From assembly GCA_018711135.1 (NCBI GenBank), contig DVIS01000031.1, forward strand, positions 17,840 through 81,839: a stretch of 64,000 nucleotides of DNA, written 5' to 3'. The position numbers were made by a program, and so were the translations under genes. This document shows, in pieces, positions 41,239 to 51,480 of the stretch; position 1 is the first letter of the stretch, and each line of letters opens with the position of its first letter. This DNA is from Candidatus Onthousia faecavium. Its GTDB lineage: Bacteria > Bacillota_I > Bacilli_A > RF39 > UBA660. The notes below the pieces were generated by a model. The model saw only the letters and a list, made by a program, of their open reading frames with translations, made no database searches and was not told the origin of the DNA.

Positions 41239-41534
41239 TAAAACAATCCAGGCATAGAACTAAAACGTCCCATTTTATCTTCAGTTATTTTATCAACTTG
41301 TTTCATTGCTTCGTTAGTTGCAATTAAAATCATATCTTGAAGCATTTCCAAATCTTCACTAGAAAAGTTTTCATCACCATCTATTTTTACATCTAGAAGT
41401 TCTTTTTTACCATTTACTTTAACTGTTACTAAGCCATTAGTACTACTGAACTCCATCTTATCAATTTCATCTTTAGCTTTCATCATATCACTTTGTAACT
41501 TTTGAGCTTGTTTCATCATTGCTTGTATATTCAT
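41238..41534 (-). CDS. ybaB: nucleoid-associated protein YbaB/EbfC
   Basis: MNIQAMMKQAQKLQ... matches YbaB. Start moved to ATG 41534 to avoid overlap with dnaX. Confidence 0.8.
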   Translation of the reverse strand: MNIQAMMKQAQKLQSDMMKAKDEIDKMEFSSTNGLVTVKVNGKKELLDVKIDGDENFSSEDLEMLQDMILIATNEAMKQVDKITEDKMGRFSSMPGLF

Positions 41535-41544
41535 ATTTTCCCTC

Positions 41545-43239
41545 CTATTCAATCTCAACAATATCTCCAAATAATTCAACTACCTCATTAAGTGAATCAT
41601 CTAACTCATCACTTAAAATTTTATCACTACTACTAAAAATATTCAAGCTTGGTTCTTCTTGATATTCAAAGTGTTTACCCTCATTTAATAATTTAATATA
41701 TTCCTTCTTTAATTGCTCCCATTTTTCGTTAGTAATAACTGCAATATGTTTATTTGCATTAGTTATTTTATTATAAAAATTCTCTAATTTATCAAGATGA
41801 TCTTTTAATTTTTCTATCAATCCTTCATAATCATAACTAATTACCAAATTATCAGAACTTGAAGCCCTTACCTTTGCATCTAAAAGTTCACATGCTAAAT
41901 ATCCATTTTCCTGATCAAAAGTATAATCATCAAGTAACTTATAATTATTTATCTCTTTAACTAATTCTTCCTTTACTGCTTCTATCATTGTGTTTTTAGT
42001 TCTAATTTCCATCAAATTAGAAAACTGTTCTAACGAAACATTTTGTTTTTTTCTACTCATAACAGATTCTATATTATCTTCTTTGTTCTTAATATTTGAT
42101 GTAGTTTCTTCTCTAGCTACTTTAATTTCGCCTAATTTTTTTTCATTTATTTTTGTCCCACTTTCGCTTTTCTGAACATTAAGTTCAACAGTCTTATTAG
42201 TATTCTTTAAATCATTCATATAACTAAGCAAGGTTATTTCAACAGATATCCTTACATCATCAGCTCTCTTTACAGAAACTAACCGATCATTCAATATATT
42301 TAAGAACTCTACCATAGTATTTGCAGAAAACTCTAAAGCTTGATCAGAAATATAATAAGCAAACAATTCATCTTTTATATTCAACATTAACTGTTTAAGA
42401 ATTTGAATCAAGTTTTTTCCCTCTAAATAATAAGTCTCTATTAATTCTAAAACTTTAGATATATTAGTAGAAAAAATATAACTTTCAAATTCCTTAATTT
42501 TTTGAGTAGTTATCTGTCCATTTATATTATAAAAATCCTCTACAGTTATTTTCTCTAAATTATAAGCATATAACTTATCTAACAAACTAATGGCATCCCT
42601 CAAACATCCATCAGATGATTCAGCAATTTTTTCAAGCACCTCATCATCAATATTAATATTCTCAGCAGCAACTATTGTTTTTAAACGCATTACAATATTA
42701 TCATTTGTAATTTTCTTAAAATTGTACCACTGACATCTAGATATAATAGTTAACGGAATTTTTTCAGGATCAGTTGTCGCCAGAATAAAAATAACATGAC
42801 TAGGTGGTTCCTCAATTGTTTTCAATAAAGCATTAAAAGCCCCAATAGATAACATATGAACCTCATCTATTATATAAACTTTATATTTAAGTTCAGTAGG
42901 CAAAATATTAACTTTATTTCTTAATTCTCGGATTTCATCAACACCATTATTAGAAGCCGCATCAATTTCAATAATATCCATACACTCATTAGAAAATGAG
43001 TAATTACAGTTTTTACATTTTCCACAAGCCAACCCATCAAAGGGTTCAAGACAATTAACCGCTCTTGCGAAAATCTTTGCAATTGTAGTTTTTCCTGTAC
43101 CACGAGGGCCAGAAAAAAGATAAGCATGACTTATATGACTATATTTAACAGCATTTTTTAATGTTTCAACAATTATATCCTGTCCTACTACATCTTTAAA
43201 ATTCAAAGGTCTATATTTTCTATATAAAGCCTGATACAT
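41545..43239 (-). CDS. dnaX: DNA polymerase III subunits tau/gamma
   Basis: GPRGTGKTT Walker A, zinc module (CGKCKNC), 564 aa. Confidence 0.9.
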   Translation of the reverse strand: MYQALYRKYRPLNFKDVVGQDIIVETLKNAVKYSHISHAYLFSGPRGTGKTTIAKIFARAVNCLEPFDGLACGKCKNCNYSFSNECMDIIEIDAASNNGVDEIRELRNKVNILPTELKYKVYIIDEVHMLSIGAFNALLKTIEEPPSHVIFILATTDPEKIPLTIISRCQWYNFKKITNDNIVMRLKTIVAAENINIDDEVLEKIAESSDGCLRDAISLLDKLYAYNLEKITVEDFYNINGQITTQKIKEFESYIFSTNISKVLELIETYYLEGKNLIQILKQLMLNIKDELFAYYISDQALEFSANTMVEFLNILNDRLVSVKRADDVRISVEITLLSYMNDLKNTNKTVELNVQKSESGTKINEKKLGEIKVAREETTSNIKNKEDNIESVMSRKKQNVSLEQFSNLMEIRTKNTMIEAVKEELVKEINNYKLLDDYTFDQENGYLACELLDAKVRASSSDNLVISYDYEGLIEKLKDHLDKLENFYNKITNANKHIAVITNEKWEQLKKEYIKLLNEGKHFEYQEEPSLNIFSSSDKILSDELDDSLNEVVELFGDIVEIE

Positions 43240-43283
43240 ACCATCACCCCAATCAATATATAGTATACATGAGCGGAAGAAAA

Positions 43284-43751
43284 TTATCTATCTAAAACAT
43301 TTGTTTCAGAGCGCTGTTTTTTGAAAAAAAATGTTATAAAATTAATATTATCAAAATCATAATTCATTTTGATGTTTTCCACAGGCTTGTTCGCATCTAT
43401 ATTAGTAAATATTTCTTTAACAATTTTCTTATTTTCACAACTAGTTGAATCAAATAAATAGTAAACATGATCTATCCTTGCTTGCTTAATAGCACTAGCA
43501 CACATTGGACAAGGTTCAAGAGTTACATACATATCACAACCATTTAAACGCCAGTTTTGTAATTTTTTACTAGCCTTTATTATAGCATTAATTTCTGCAT
43601 GTTCTATAACACAACATCTTTCTTCTTTTCGATTGTATGCCTTAGAAATAATCTTATCATTTTTAACTATAACTGCTCCTACCGGAACCTCATTATTTTT
43701 ATATGCTTTATAAGCCTCTTTTATAGCAGATTTCATATAATCATCTTTCAT
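43284..43751 (-). CDS. tadA: tRNA-specific adenosine deaminase
   Basis: HAEINAI and PCPMCA CDA zinc motifs. Start placed at ATG 43751 (AGGAGG RBS); the longer ORF would overlap the SRP RNA. Confidence 0.8.
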   Translation of the reverse strand: MKDDYMKSAIKEAYKAYKNNEVPVGAVIVKNDKIISKAYNRKEERCCVIEHAEINAIIKASKKLQNWRLNGCDMYVTLEPCPMCASAIKQARIDHVYYLFDSTSCENKKIVKEIFTNIDANKPVENIKMNYDFDNINFITFFFKKQRSETNVLDR

Positions 43752-43771
43752 AAAACTATTCCTCCTAAAAC

Positions 43772-43850
43772 AAAAAAAGTGCACATAAATTAAATTTGTT
43801 AAGGCTGCTATGTTTCCATTCTGACCTGGTTCCAAACTAATTTATTGCAC
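43772..43850 (-). ncRNA. ffs: small (4.5S-type) signal recognition particle RNA
   Basis: minus-strand hairpin GUGCAAUAAAUUAG...ACCAGGUCAGAAUGGAAACAUAGCAGCC...UUAAUUUAUGUGCAC followed by a U7 tract. The apical region matches the SRP domain IV consensus (CCAGGUCAGG..GGAA..AGCAGCC). Located tadA-proximal as in Bacillus scr. Confidence 0.6.
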
Positions 43851-43856
43851 AAAAAA

Positions 43857-43885
43857 ATTATAGTACTTTTTCATTGTTTTTACAA
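43857..43885 (-). promoter_or_regulatory. sigma-A-like promoter of ffs
   Basis: minus-strand TTGTAA -35, 17-nt spacer, TATAAT -10, then 6 nt and the G at 43850. Confidence 0.45.
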
Positions 43886-43920
43886 GTACATATTAATAAA
43901 TTTAATCAAAAAACGCAAAA

Positions 43921-43940
43921 ATTATTTCCCGGGAAATAAT
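43921..43940. repeat. palindromic element ATTATTTCCCGGGAAATAAT (copy 1; extended AAAA...TTTT)
   Basis: exact match; flanked by A4/T4 so the palindrome extends to 28 bp; followed by a T-run on both strands. Confidence 0.75.
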
Positions 43941-44008
43941 TTTCTAGAAATTTTGCCAATAAAACTGGAATTTTATCGATACTTTTTGACATTGGATGAT
44001 GAATAAAA

Positions 44009-44024
44009 TGTTTCACGTGAAACA
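44009..44024. promoter_or_regulatory. palindrome TGTTTCACGTGAAACA (copy 1), candidate operator
   Basis: perfect 16-bp palindrome; reproduced at 44337 and, core only, at 44814. Confidence 0.3.
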
Positions 44025-44248
44025 TAACAATAATATATTTTCATACATTGCATTTTTCACAACGCCAACATCTTTCTTTACTAATTTTATAGTAATTCCT
44101 TTATATTGTACTTTGATTTTTTCTCCTAATACCTTTAAGATAAAGCGTTAGAAAGTTTTTATATACTCAATGTGTTTAAAGCTAAATTATAGTACTTTTT
44201 CATTTTTTTACAAGAACATATTAATAAATTCAATCAAAAAACGCAAAA

Positions 44249-44268
44249 ATTATTTCCCGGGAAATAAT
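44249..44268. repeat. palindromic element ATTATTTCCCGGGAAATAAT (copy 2)
   Basis: exact match with AAAA/TTTT flanks. Confidence 0.75.
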
Positions 44269-44336
44269 TTTCTGGAAATTTTGCCAGCAAAAGTGGGATT
44301 TTATCGATACTTCTTGACATTGGATGATGAATAAAG

Positions 44337-44352
44337 TGTTTCACGTGAAACA
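44337..44352. promoter_or_regulatory. palindrome TGTTTCACGTGAAACA (copy 2)
   Basis: exact match. Confidence 0.3.
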
Positions 44353-44505
44353 TAACAATAATAATATTATATTTTCGTAGTATTGTATTTTTCACAAGGC
44401 CACATTTTTCTCTACATTCCATACATAGTTTTTTTAAAATAAATAGTATATTTAATTAAAATTTAATAAAAAAATAAATGTGTTAAAAGTAATCTTAATT
44501 AATAA

Positions 44506-44525
44506 ATTATTTCCCGGGAAATAAT
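44506..44525. repeat. palindromic element ATTATTTCCCGGGAAATAAT (copy 3; extended AATAA...TTATT)
   Basis: exact core; flanks differ from copies 1 and 2 but stay palindromic. Confidence 0.75.
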
Positions 44526-44813
44526 TTATTAACAAAAAAAACATTTTTTAATTGATTCATATAAAATTAAAATAACTAAATCTCTTTTGTATTTTTACCA
44601 ATTAATAATTTAATTTATATTATATTCAGTAAAAAAAAGTATCTTTAAATAAATAAACTTATTTTTAAATATTATAGATTTTATAGAAAAATACGCACAT
44701 CCCTTACTTAACCACCATATGCTGTATTTACTTAATATACATAAAAATATCACTTGTATATTATTTGTAAAAGAAATTATACAACATCTATTTTTTATAT
44801 TACAGGAATTATA

Positions 44814-44827
44814 GTTTCACGTGAAAC
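44814..44827. promoter_or_regulatory. palindrome GTTTCACGTGAAAC (copy 3), next to a minus-strand promoter-like CTGTAA-18-TATAAT
   Basis: exact 14-bp core. Confidence 0.25.
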
Positions 44828-44963
44828 ATTTTCTACAATTTACATCATATTAGTAAACAAATTCACTATAAAATACCGCCAAAATAATTAATATTTTAAT
44901 ACAAACTCAACATAAGCTATTCAATTTGATTTAAGAAAAACAATAAACAATATAAAAAGGAGA

Positions 44964-44983
44964 ATTATTTCCCGGGAAATAAT
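44964..44983. repeat. palindromic element ATTATTTCCCGGGAAATAAT (copy 4; extended GAGA...TCTC)
   Basis: exact core with compensatory palindromic flanks. Confidence 0.75.
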
Positions 44984-45230
44984 TCTCTCTATTACAAAAC
45001 TAACTTAAATATTATCAACTGGCTTAAAACTCATATTTGTGTAATTTGTTTTTATATAAGACATAAATCACAAATATAATAATAAAATGACTAATAAAAA
45101 TAATATTATATTAAGCAATATGATACTATATATAGTTTTTTTCTTAAATAATTTATTTTTAAAAAAAACTATATAATCCACAGCATAGCTGGCGTCAAGA
45201 ATATTGATATTTTTCCAATTATTATGAAAT

Positions 45231-45274
45231 TTTTGCTCTCAAATTATTTCCCGGGAAATAATTTGAGAGCAAAA
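45231..45274. repeat. palindromic element copy 5: 44-bp perfect palindrome TTTTGCTCTCAAATTATTTCCCGGGAAATAATTTGAGAGCAAAA; likely gyrA terminator
   Basis: exact core 45243-45262 with 12-bp palindromic flanks, 16 bp downstream of the gyrA stop. Confidence 0.75.
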
Positions 45275-45289
45275 TATAAAAAGAAGAAC

Positions 45290-47740
45290 CTATTCAGTAG
45301 GCTCTTCCTCATTAATATTACCTTCTTTATCCACAATAGTAACAGTTGATACTTTCTGGTCGTCTTTTAAATGAATTAGTCTTACACCTTGTGTAGCACG
45401 TTTTAAAGTGGAAATTTGCTCTAAAGGCATTCTCATAATTATACCACTATCAGTAATTATCATAACATCCTTCAATTCTTCAGCATCTCTATCTATACAA
45501 TTTAAAGATATCATATTACCATTCTTTTCAGTTAAATTCAAAGCTTTTACACCCTTACTACCACGATGTGTTAAACGATATTCATTAATATCCGTCTTCT
45601 TACCATAACCATTTTCAGTAACAATAAGAATATTCTGATCATCATTAACAACATTAGCACCGACTACCATACTGCCATCTAATTCCATGCCTTTAACACC
45701 AGAACTGCCTCTACCCATAGCTCTTATCTCAGATTCAACAAAGCGTACCATTCTACCATTACTAGCACCGATTGTAATCTCATTCTCACCAGTGGTTTTA
45801 TCCACAGCAATTAACTCGTCGTTATCTTTAAGTATAATCGCTATTTTCCCACTCTTCCTAATATTATCAAATTCCTTAATTTCTGTACGTTTTACTAAAC
45901 CATTTTTAGTAACAAATAATAGATATTTATAGTTTTCCACAGCTGATTCAAGGCAAACTATCGAACTAATGTTTTCTCCGTTTTCTAAAGACAATAAATT
46001 AACCACTGGCAACCCTTTAGATTGACGATTATATTCAGGTATCTCATACCCTTTCAACCTATAAACCTTACCTTTATTTGAGAAAAATAAGATATAATCA
46101 TGTGATTTCATTGAAATTAAATGTTTTACAAAATCTTCCTCATTTGTACTCATTCCCTTAATTCCTACTCCACCACGATTCTGAACTTTATAAGTATCTG
46201 CTTTCATTCGTTTTATATAACCGTTATTAGTTAAAGTAACAATGATATCCTCTACCGGTATTAATGACTCATCTTCAATATACTCTATCGCTGTCATATC
46301 GATATTAGTACGTCTCTCATCACCATATTTAGCTTTAATTTCTAGCAATTCATCTTTAATAACACCTAATATCTTCTCATCACTACCTAAAATAGATTTT
46401 AACTCAGCAATTAATTTAAGTAATTCATCCAATTCATTTTCTATTTTTTCTCTTTCTAAGCCCGTTAAACGTCTTAATCTCATTTCCAAAATAGCATTTG
46501 CTTGAATTTCACTTAGACCAAATTTACTCATTAAACCACTTCTAGCCTCATCATCAGATTTAGAACCTCTGATTAACTTAATTACTTCATCAATATGATC
46601 TAAAGCTATCTTCAAACCTTCTAAAATATGAACTCTTTTCTCTGCATTATCCAAATCAAATTTTGTTCTTCTAATTATTATCTCTCTTTGAAAATCTATA
46701 TACTTTGCAATTATATCTTTAAGTCCCAATGTTTTAGGAACACCTTGATCTAGCATCAAGAAAATAATTCCATATGTTGTTTGAAACTGTGTATGCTTAT
46801 ACAATTTATTTAAAACAACCTGCGCATTAGCATCTTTCTTTAAGGTAATAGTAATTTTAATACCATCCTTTAAATCAGAATGATAATCAGAAATACCTTC
46901 AATTGTCTTATTATGAACTAACTCTGCAACCTTATTTTTTAATTCCAATGTATTAACACCATAAGGCACCTCATCAATTACAATACATTGTCTACCATGA
47001 CTTTCCTCAATTTGGGCCTTACTCCTAATAGTAACAGTACCTCGACCTGTCTCATAAGCTTTTCTAATTCCACTATTACCTAAAATAGAAGCTCCTGTTG
47101 GAAAATCTGGTCCTTTAATATATTTCATCAACCCAGCAACATCAATATCAGGATTATCTATATAAGCAACACATCCATCTATGACCTCACCTAAATTATG
47201 CGGAGGAATATTTGTTGCCATTCCAACTGCAATACCAGTTGTCCCATTAACTAAAATATTAGGAAATCTAGATGGTAAAACCTCAGGTTCTTTCGTTGTT
47301 TCATCAAAATTTGGAACAAAATTTACTGTATTTTTATTTATATTGCGCAATAATTCCAAAGATATCTTTGAAAGTCTAGACTCAGTATAACGCATGGCTG
47401 CTGCTCCATAACCTTCAATATTACCAAAATTACCATGGCCATCAATTAACATATAACGATATGAAAAATCTTGTGCCATTCTAACCATCGCTTCATAAAT
47501 AGAAGAATCTCCATGAGGATGGTAATTACCCATAACCTCACCTACTGTTTTTGCACTTTTCTTATGAGGTTTATCAGGAGTATAACCAGATTCATACATC
47601 GAATAAAGTATTCTTCTATGAACTGGTTTTAAACCATCTCGTAAATCAGGTAAAGCTCGAGCAACAATAACACTCATCGAATACTCTAAAAAAGAATCTT
47701 TTACCTCTTTTACTATATTATTCTGTTCTAATCTATCCAT
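45290..47740 (-). CDS. gyrA: DNA gyrase subunit A
   Basis: 816 aa; active-site region AAMRYTE; follows gyrB. Confidence 0.95.
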   Translation of the reverse strand: MDRLEQNNIVKEVKDSFLEYSMSVIVARALPDLRDGLKPVHRRILYSMYESGYTPDKPHKKSAKTVGEVMGNYHPHGDSSIYEAMVRMAQDFSYRYMLIDGHGNFGNIEGYGAAAMRYTESRLSKISLELLRNINKNTVNFVPNFDETTKEPEVLPSRFPNILVNGTTGIAVGMATNIPPHNLGEVIDGCVAYIDNPDIDVAGLMKYIKGPDFPTGASILGNSGIRKAYETGRGTVTIRSKAQIEESHGRQCIVIDEVPYGVNTLELKNKVAELVHNKTIEGISDYHSDLKDGIKITITLKKDANAQVVLNKLYKHTQFQTTYGIIFLMLDQGVPKTLGLKDIIAKYIDFQREIIIRRTKFDLDNAEKRVHILEGLKIALDHIDEVIKLIRGSKSDDEARSGLMSKFGLSEIQANAILEMRLRRLTGLEREKIENELDELLKLIAELKSILGSDEKILGVIKDELLEIKAKYGDERRTNIDMTAIEYIEDESLIPVEDIIVTLTNNGYIKRMKADTYKVQNRGGVGIKGMSTNEEDFVKHLISMKSHDYILFFSNKGKVYRLKGYEIPEYNRQSKGLPVVNLLSLENGENISSIVCLESAVENYKYLLFVTKNGLVKRTEIKEFDNIRKSGKIAIILKDNDELIAVDKTTGENEITIGASNGRMVRFVESEIRAMGRGSSGVKGMELDGSMVVGANVVNDDQNILIVTENGYGKKTDINEYRLTHRGSKGVKALNLTEKNGNMISLNCIDRDAEELKDVMIITDSGIIMRMPLEQISTLKRATQGVRLIHLKDDQKVSTVTIVDKEGNINEEEPTE

Positions 47741-47749
47741 GTCTACCTC

Positions 47750-49678
<1,929 letters not shown>

Positions 49679-50791
49679 CTAACTCCTTTCAATAATACCA
49701 TTTTCCACTTTAAAAACAACTGCATCTTTTATAATAGTTTTAGAAATATTCTTTAAATCTGTAGTTGTAATAATACTTTGAATATCTTTATTTATATACC
49801 TTAATACTTTATTTCTTTTAGTAATATCTAACTCACTAAAAATATCATCTAAAAGCAAAACTGGCTGCGTCCCACTATACTCTTCAAATATAGGAATAGA
49901 TGCTAATTTATAAGCTAAAACTACACATTTCTGTTGTCCCAAAGAAGCAAAATTTTTCATATCAACTTTATTTAGATAAAAAGAAAAATCATCTCTATGA
50001 GGCCCATATAAAGTCATTCCAGCCTGCAATTCTCGTCGATAATTACTTTTATAGATATTTATAAGGTTACTACGCAAATCATCGTCAGAATAGCTTTCTA
50101 TAGGCAAATTAGGCCTATATTCAATATCAACCATACTGGTATCATCTGCAATATAATTATATATATCTCCTATATACTTGTTAATTTTATTTATATAGTC
50201 ATATCTAATTTTATATATAATTATCGCTTTATCGATTAATTTATCTGTTAAAATATCTAAATAAGTCTTATCAGCAATACTATTAGTATATAATATCTTC
50301 AGATATTCATTGCGCGTTTTTAAAATTTTATTATATTCATTATAAGTAACTAAATATGTAAAAGATAACTGGGAAAGAGAAATATTAAGCAAGTTTCTTC
50401 TTATACTAGGTGATCCTTTAATAATTTCTAAATCAAAAGGCGAAAAAATAACTAAATTTAAATTAGATAAATAATCTGCATATTTTCTAATTCTTTTATT
50501 ATTAACATAAATATCTTTCTCTTTAGGTAAAAATTCAATCTTTAAATCTTTAACTTGTCCATTATTACTTATTCTAGCTTCAATTTTGGCTTTTTGTTTA
50601 TTAAACTTAATTAAATCACTTTCTAAAACATTACGAAATGATTTAGTAAGTCCTAATATTGAAATTGCTTCCAAAATATTAGTTTTACCACTACCATTGT
50701 CACCGATAAAAATATTCATTTTCGCCCCTAAGGTAACCATAAATTTATTATAATTACGAAAATTATTAAATTTTAAAGACCTAATTATCAT
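49679..50791 (-). CDS. recF: DNA replication and repair protein RecF
   Basis: Walker A GDNGSGKTN and SMC-like signature; between dnaN and gyrB. Confidence 0.9.
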   Translation of the reverse strand: MIIRSLKFNNFRNYNKFMVTLGAKMNIFIGDNGSGKTNILEAISILGLTKSFRNVLESDLIKFNKQKAKIEARISNNGQVKDLKIEFLPKEKDIYVNNKRIRKYADYLSNLNLVIFSPFDLEIIKGSPSIRRNLLNISLSQLSFTYLVTYNEYNKILKTRNEYLKILYTNSIADKTYLDILTDKLIDKAIIIYKIRYDYINKINKYIGDIYNYIADDTSMVDIEYRPNLPIESYSDDDLRSNLINIYKSNYRRELQAGMTLYGPHRDDFSFYLNKVDMKNFASLGQQKCVVLAYKLASIPIFEEYSGTQPVLLLDDIFSELDITKRNKVLRYINKDIQSIITTTDLKNISKTIIKDAVVFKVENGIIERS

Positions 50792-50910
50792 AATTAATTA
50801 AAAAAACACCCATATAATCACCTACACCCTATTTTAGTACTCCTATACACGCAAGAATATTATACCATAAATACGCCTTAAAAAACAGAAAAAAAGCAAG
50901 TTTTTTGCTT

Positions 50911-51360
50911 TTATTCGCCGCGACGATTTCGAATAATAGATTCTAGTCTACTAGCTCTCATAACTTGATTATTAAAAGAGTTATAAGATACACCTACAAT
51001 AATACTTTTTTCATTTTTAAATTCAATTCTTGTCTTATCATGTCCTACTTTATAGTAATCTTTAATATTTTTTAAAGATATCCAAACACAATTATCATCT
51101 TCTGGTGAATTTGTAGGAAAAAATATTATATACCTACTATCTTCTATTACAACTGGTAACTTATATTTACTATTTAAAATATTCCTGGATCCTTCTTTTC
51201 TTCCTGGATAAGAGCTTCCAAAATACTTACAACTATAATCTACGATTTCTAAAGGCTTTTGCGTCACATCGAATTGATAATCATCTTCAATAACAATAGA
51301 ATTCCACATATCATTTGGTATAATAGCCAAAGTTTCATCATTAATTTCATATTCTTTCAT
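50911..51360 (-). CDS. comK: ComK-family competence transcription factor-like protein
   Basis: LEIVDYSCKYFGSSYPGRKEGS and VSYNSFNNQVMRASRL align with B. subtilis ComK (LQIVDRSCRFFGSSYAGRKAGT; ISYNSFENQVYRTAWL). Confidence 0.65.
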   Translation of the reverse strand: MKEYEINDETLAIIPNDMWNSIVIEDDYQFDVTQKPLEIVDYSCKYFGSSYPGRKEGSRNILNSKYKLPVVIEDSRYIIFFPTNSPEDDNCVWISLKNIKDYYKVGHDKTRIEFKNEKSIIVGVSYNSFNNQVMRASRLESIIRNRRGE

Positions 51361-51480
51361 AAATTTCCCCCTAAAAGCTTTACTGCTTTGCTACCAGTCT
51401 ACTATATAATATTGTCGAATAAGGGAGTTTTTTGTCAGAAAAATTAAAAAAAAGAGGATTTTTTTCCCAAAATTCTCTTT

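Larger units (their letters stand above)
43855..44066. repeat. about 215-bp direct repeat, module A (ffs promoter, palindrome, terminator)
   Basis: about 90% identical to 44183-44401 by eye. Confidence 0.7.
44183..44401. repeat. about 215-bp direct repeat, module B (second copy of the promoter/palindrome module)
   Basis: contains the same -35 TTGTAA and -10 TATAAT (plus 44186-44213) as the ffs promoter, but no ffs copy downstream. Confidence 0.7.

Noticed and set aside
41238-41579. 35-nt overlap between ybaB and dnaX
   Set aside because: Resolved by using the internal ATG (41534), which gives the canonical YbaB N-terminus MNIQAMMKQ; the overlap is an ORF-caller artefact.
44234-44422. 62-aa minus-strand ORF inside repeat module B
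   Set aside because: Lies within the duplicated non-coding promoter module, has no RBS, and the homologous segment of module A is non-coding.
43917-45274. CRISPR array hypothesis for the repeated ATTATTTCCCGGGAAATAAT elements
   Set aside because: Spacing between copies is irregular (about 330, 260, 460, 280 bp), copies are perfect palindromes, and no cas genes are nearby; they look like REP-like hairpins or terminators.
43860-45289. rRNA operon or tRNA genes downstream of gyrA, as in Bacillus rrnO
   Set aside because: The region is uniformly extremely AT-rich with no GC-rich helices or conserved 16S/23S/tRNA motifs visible.
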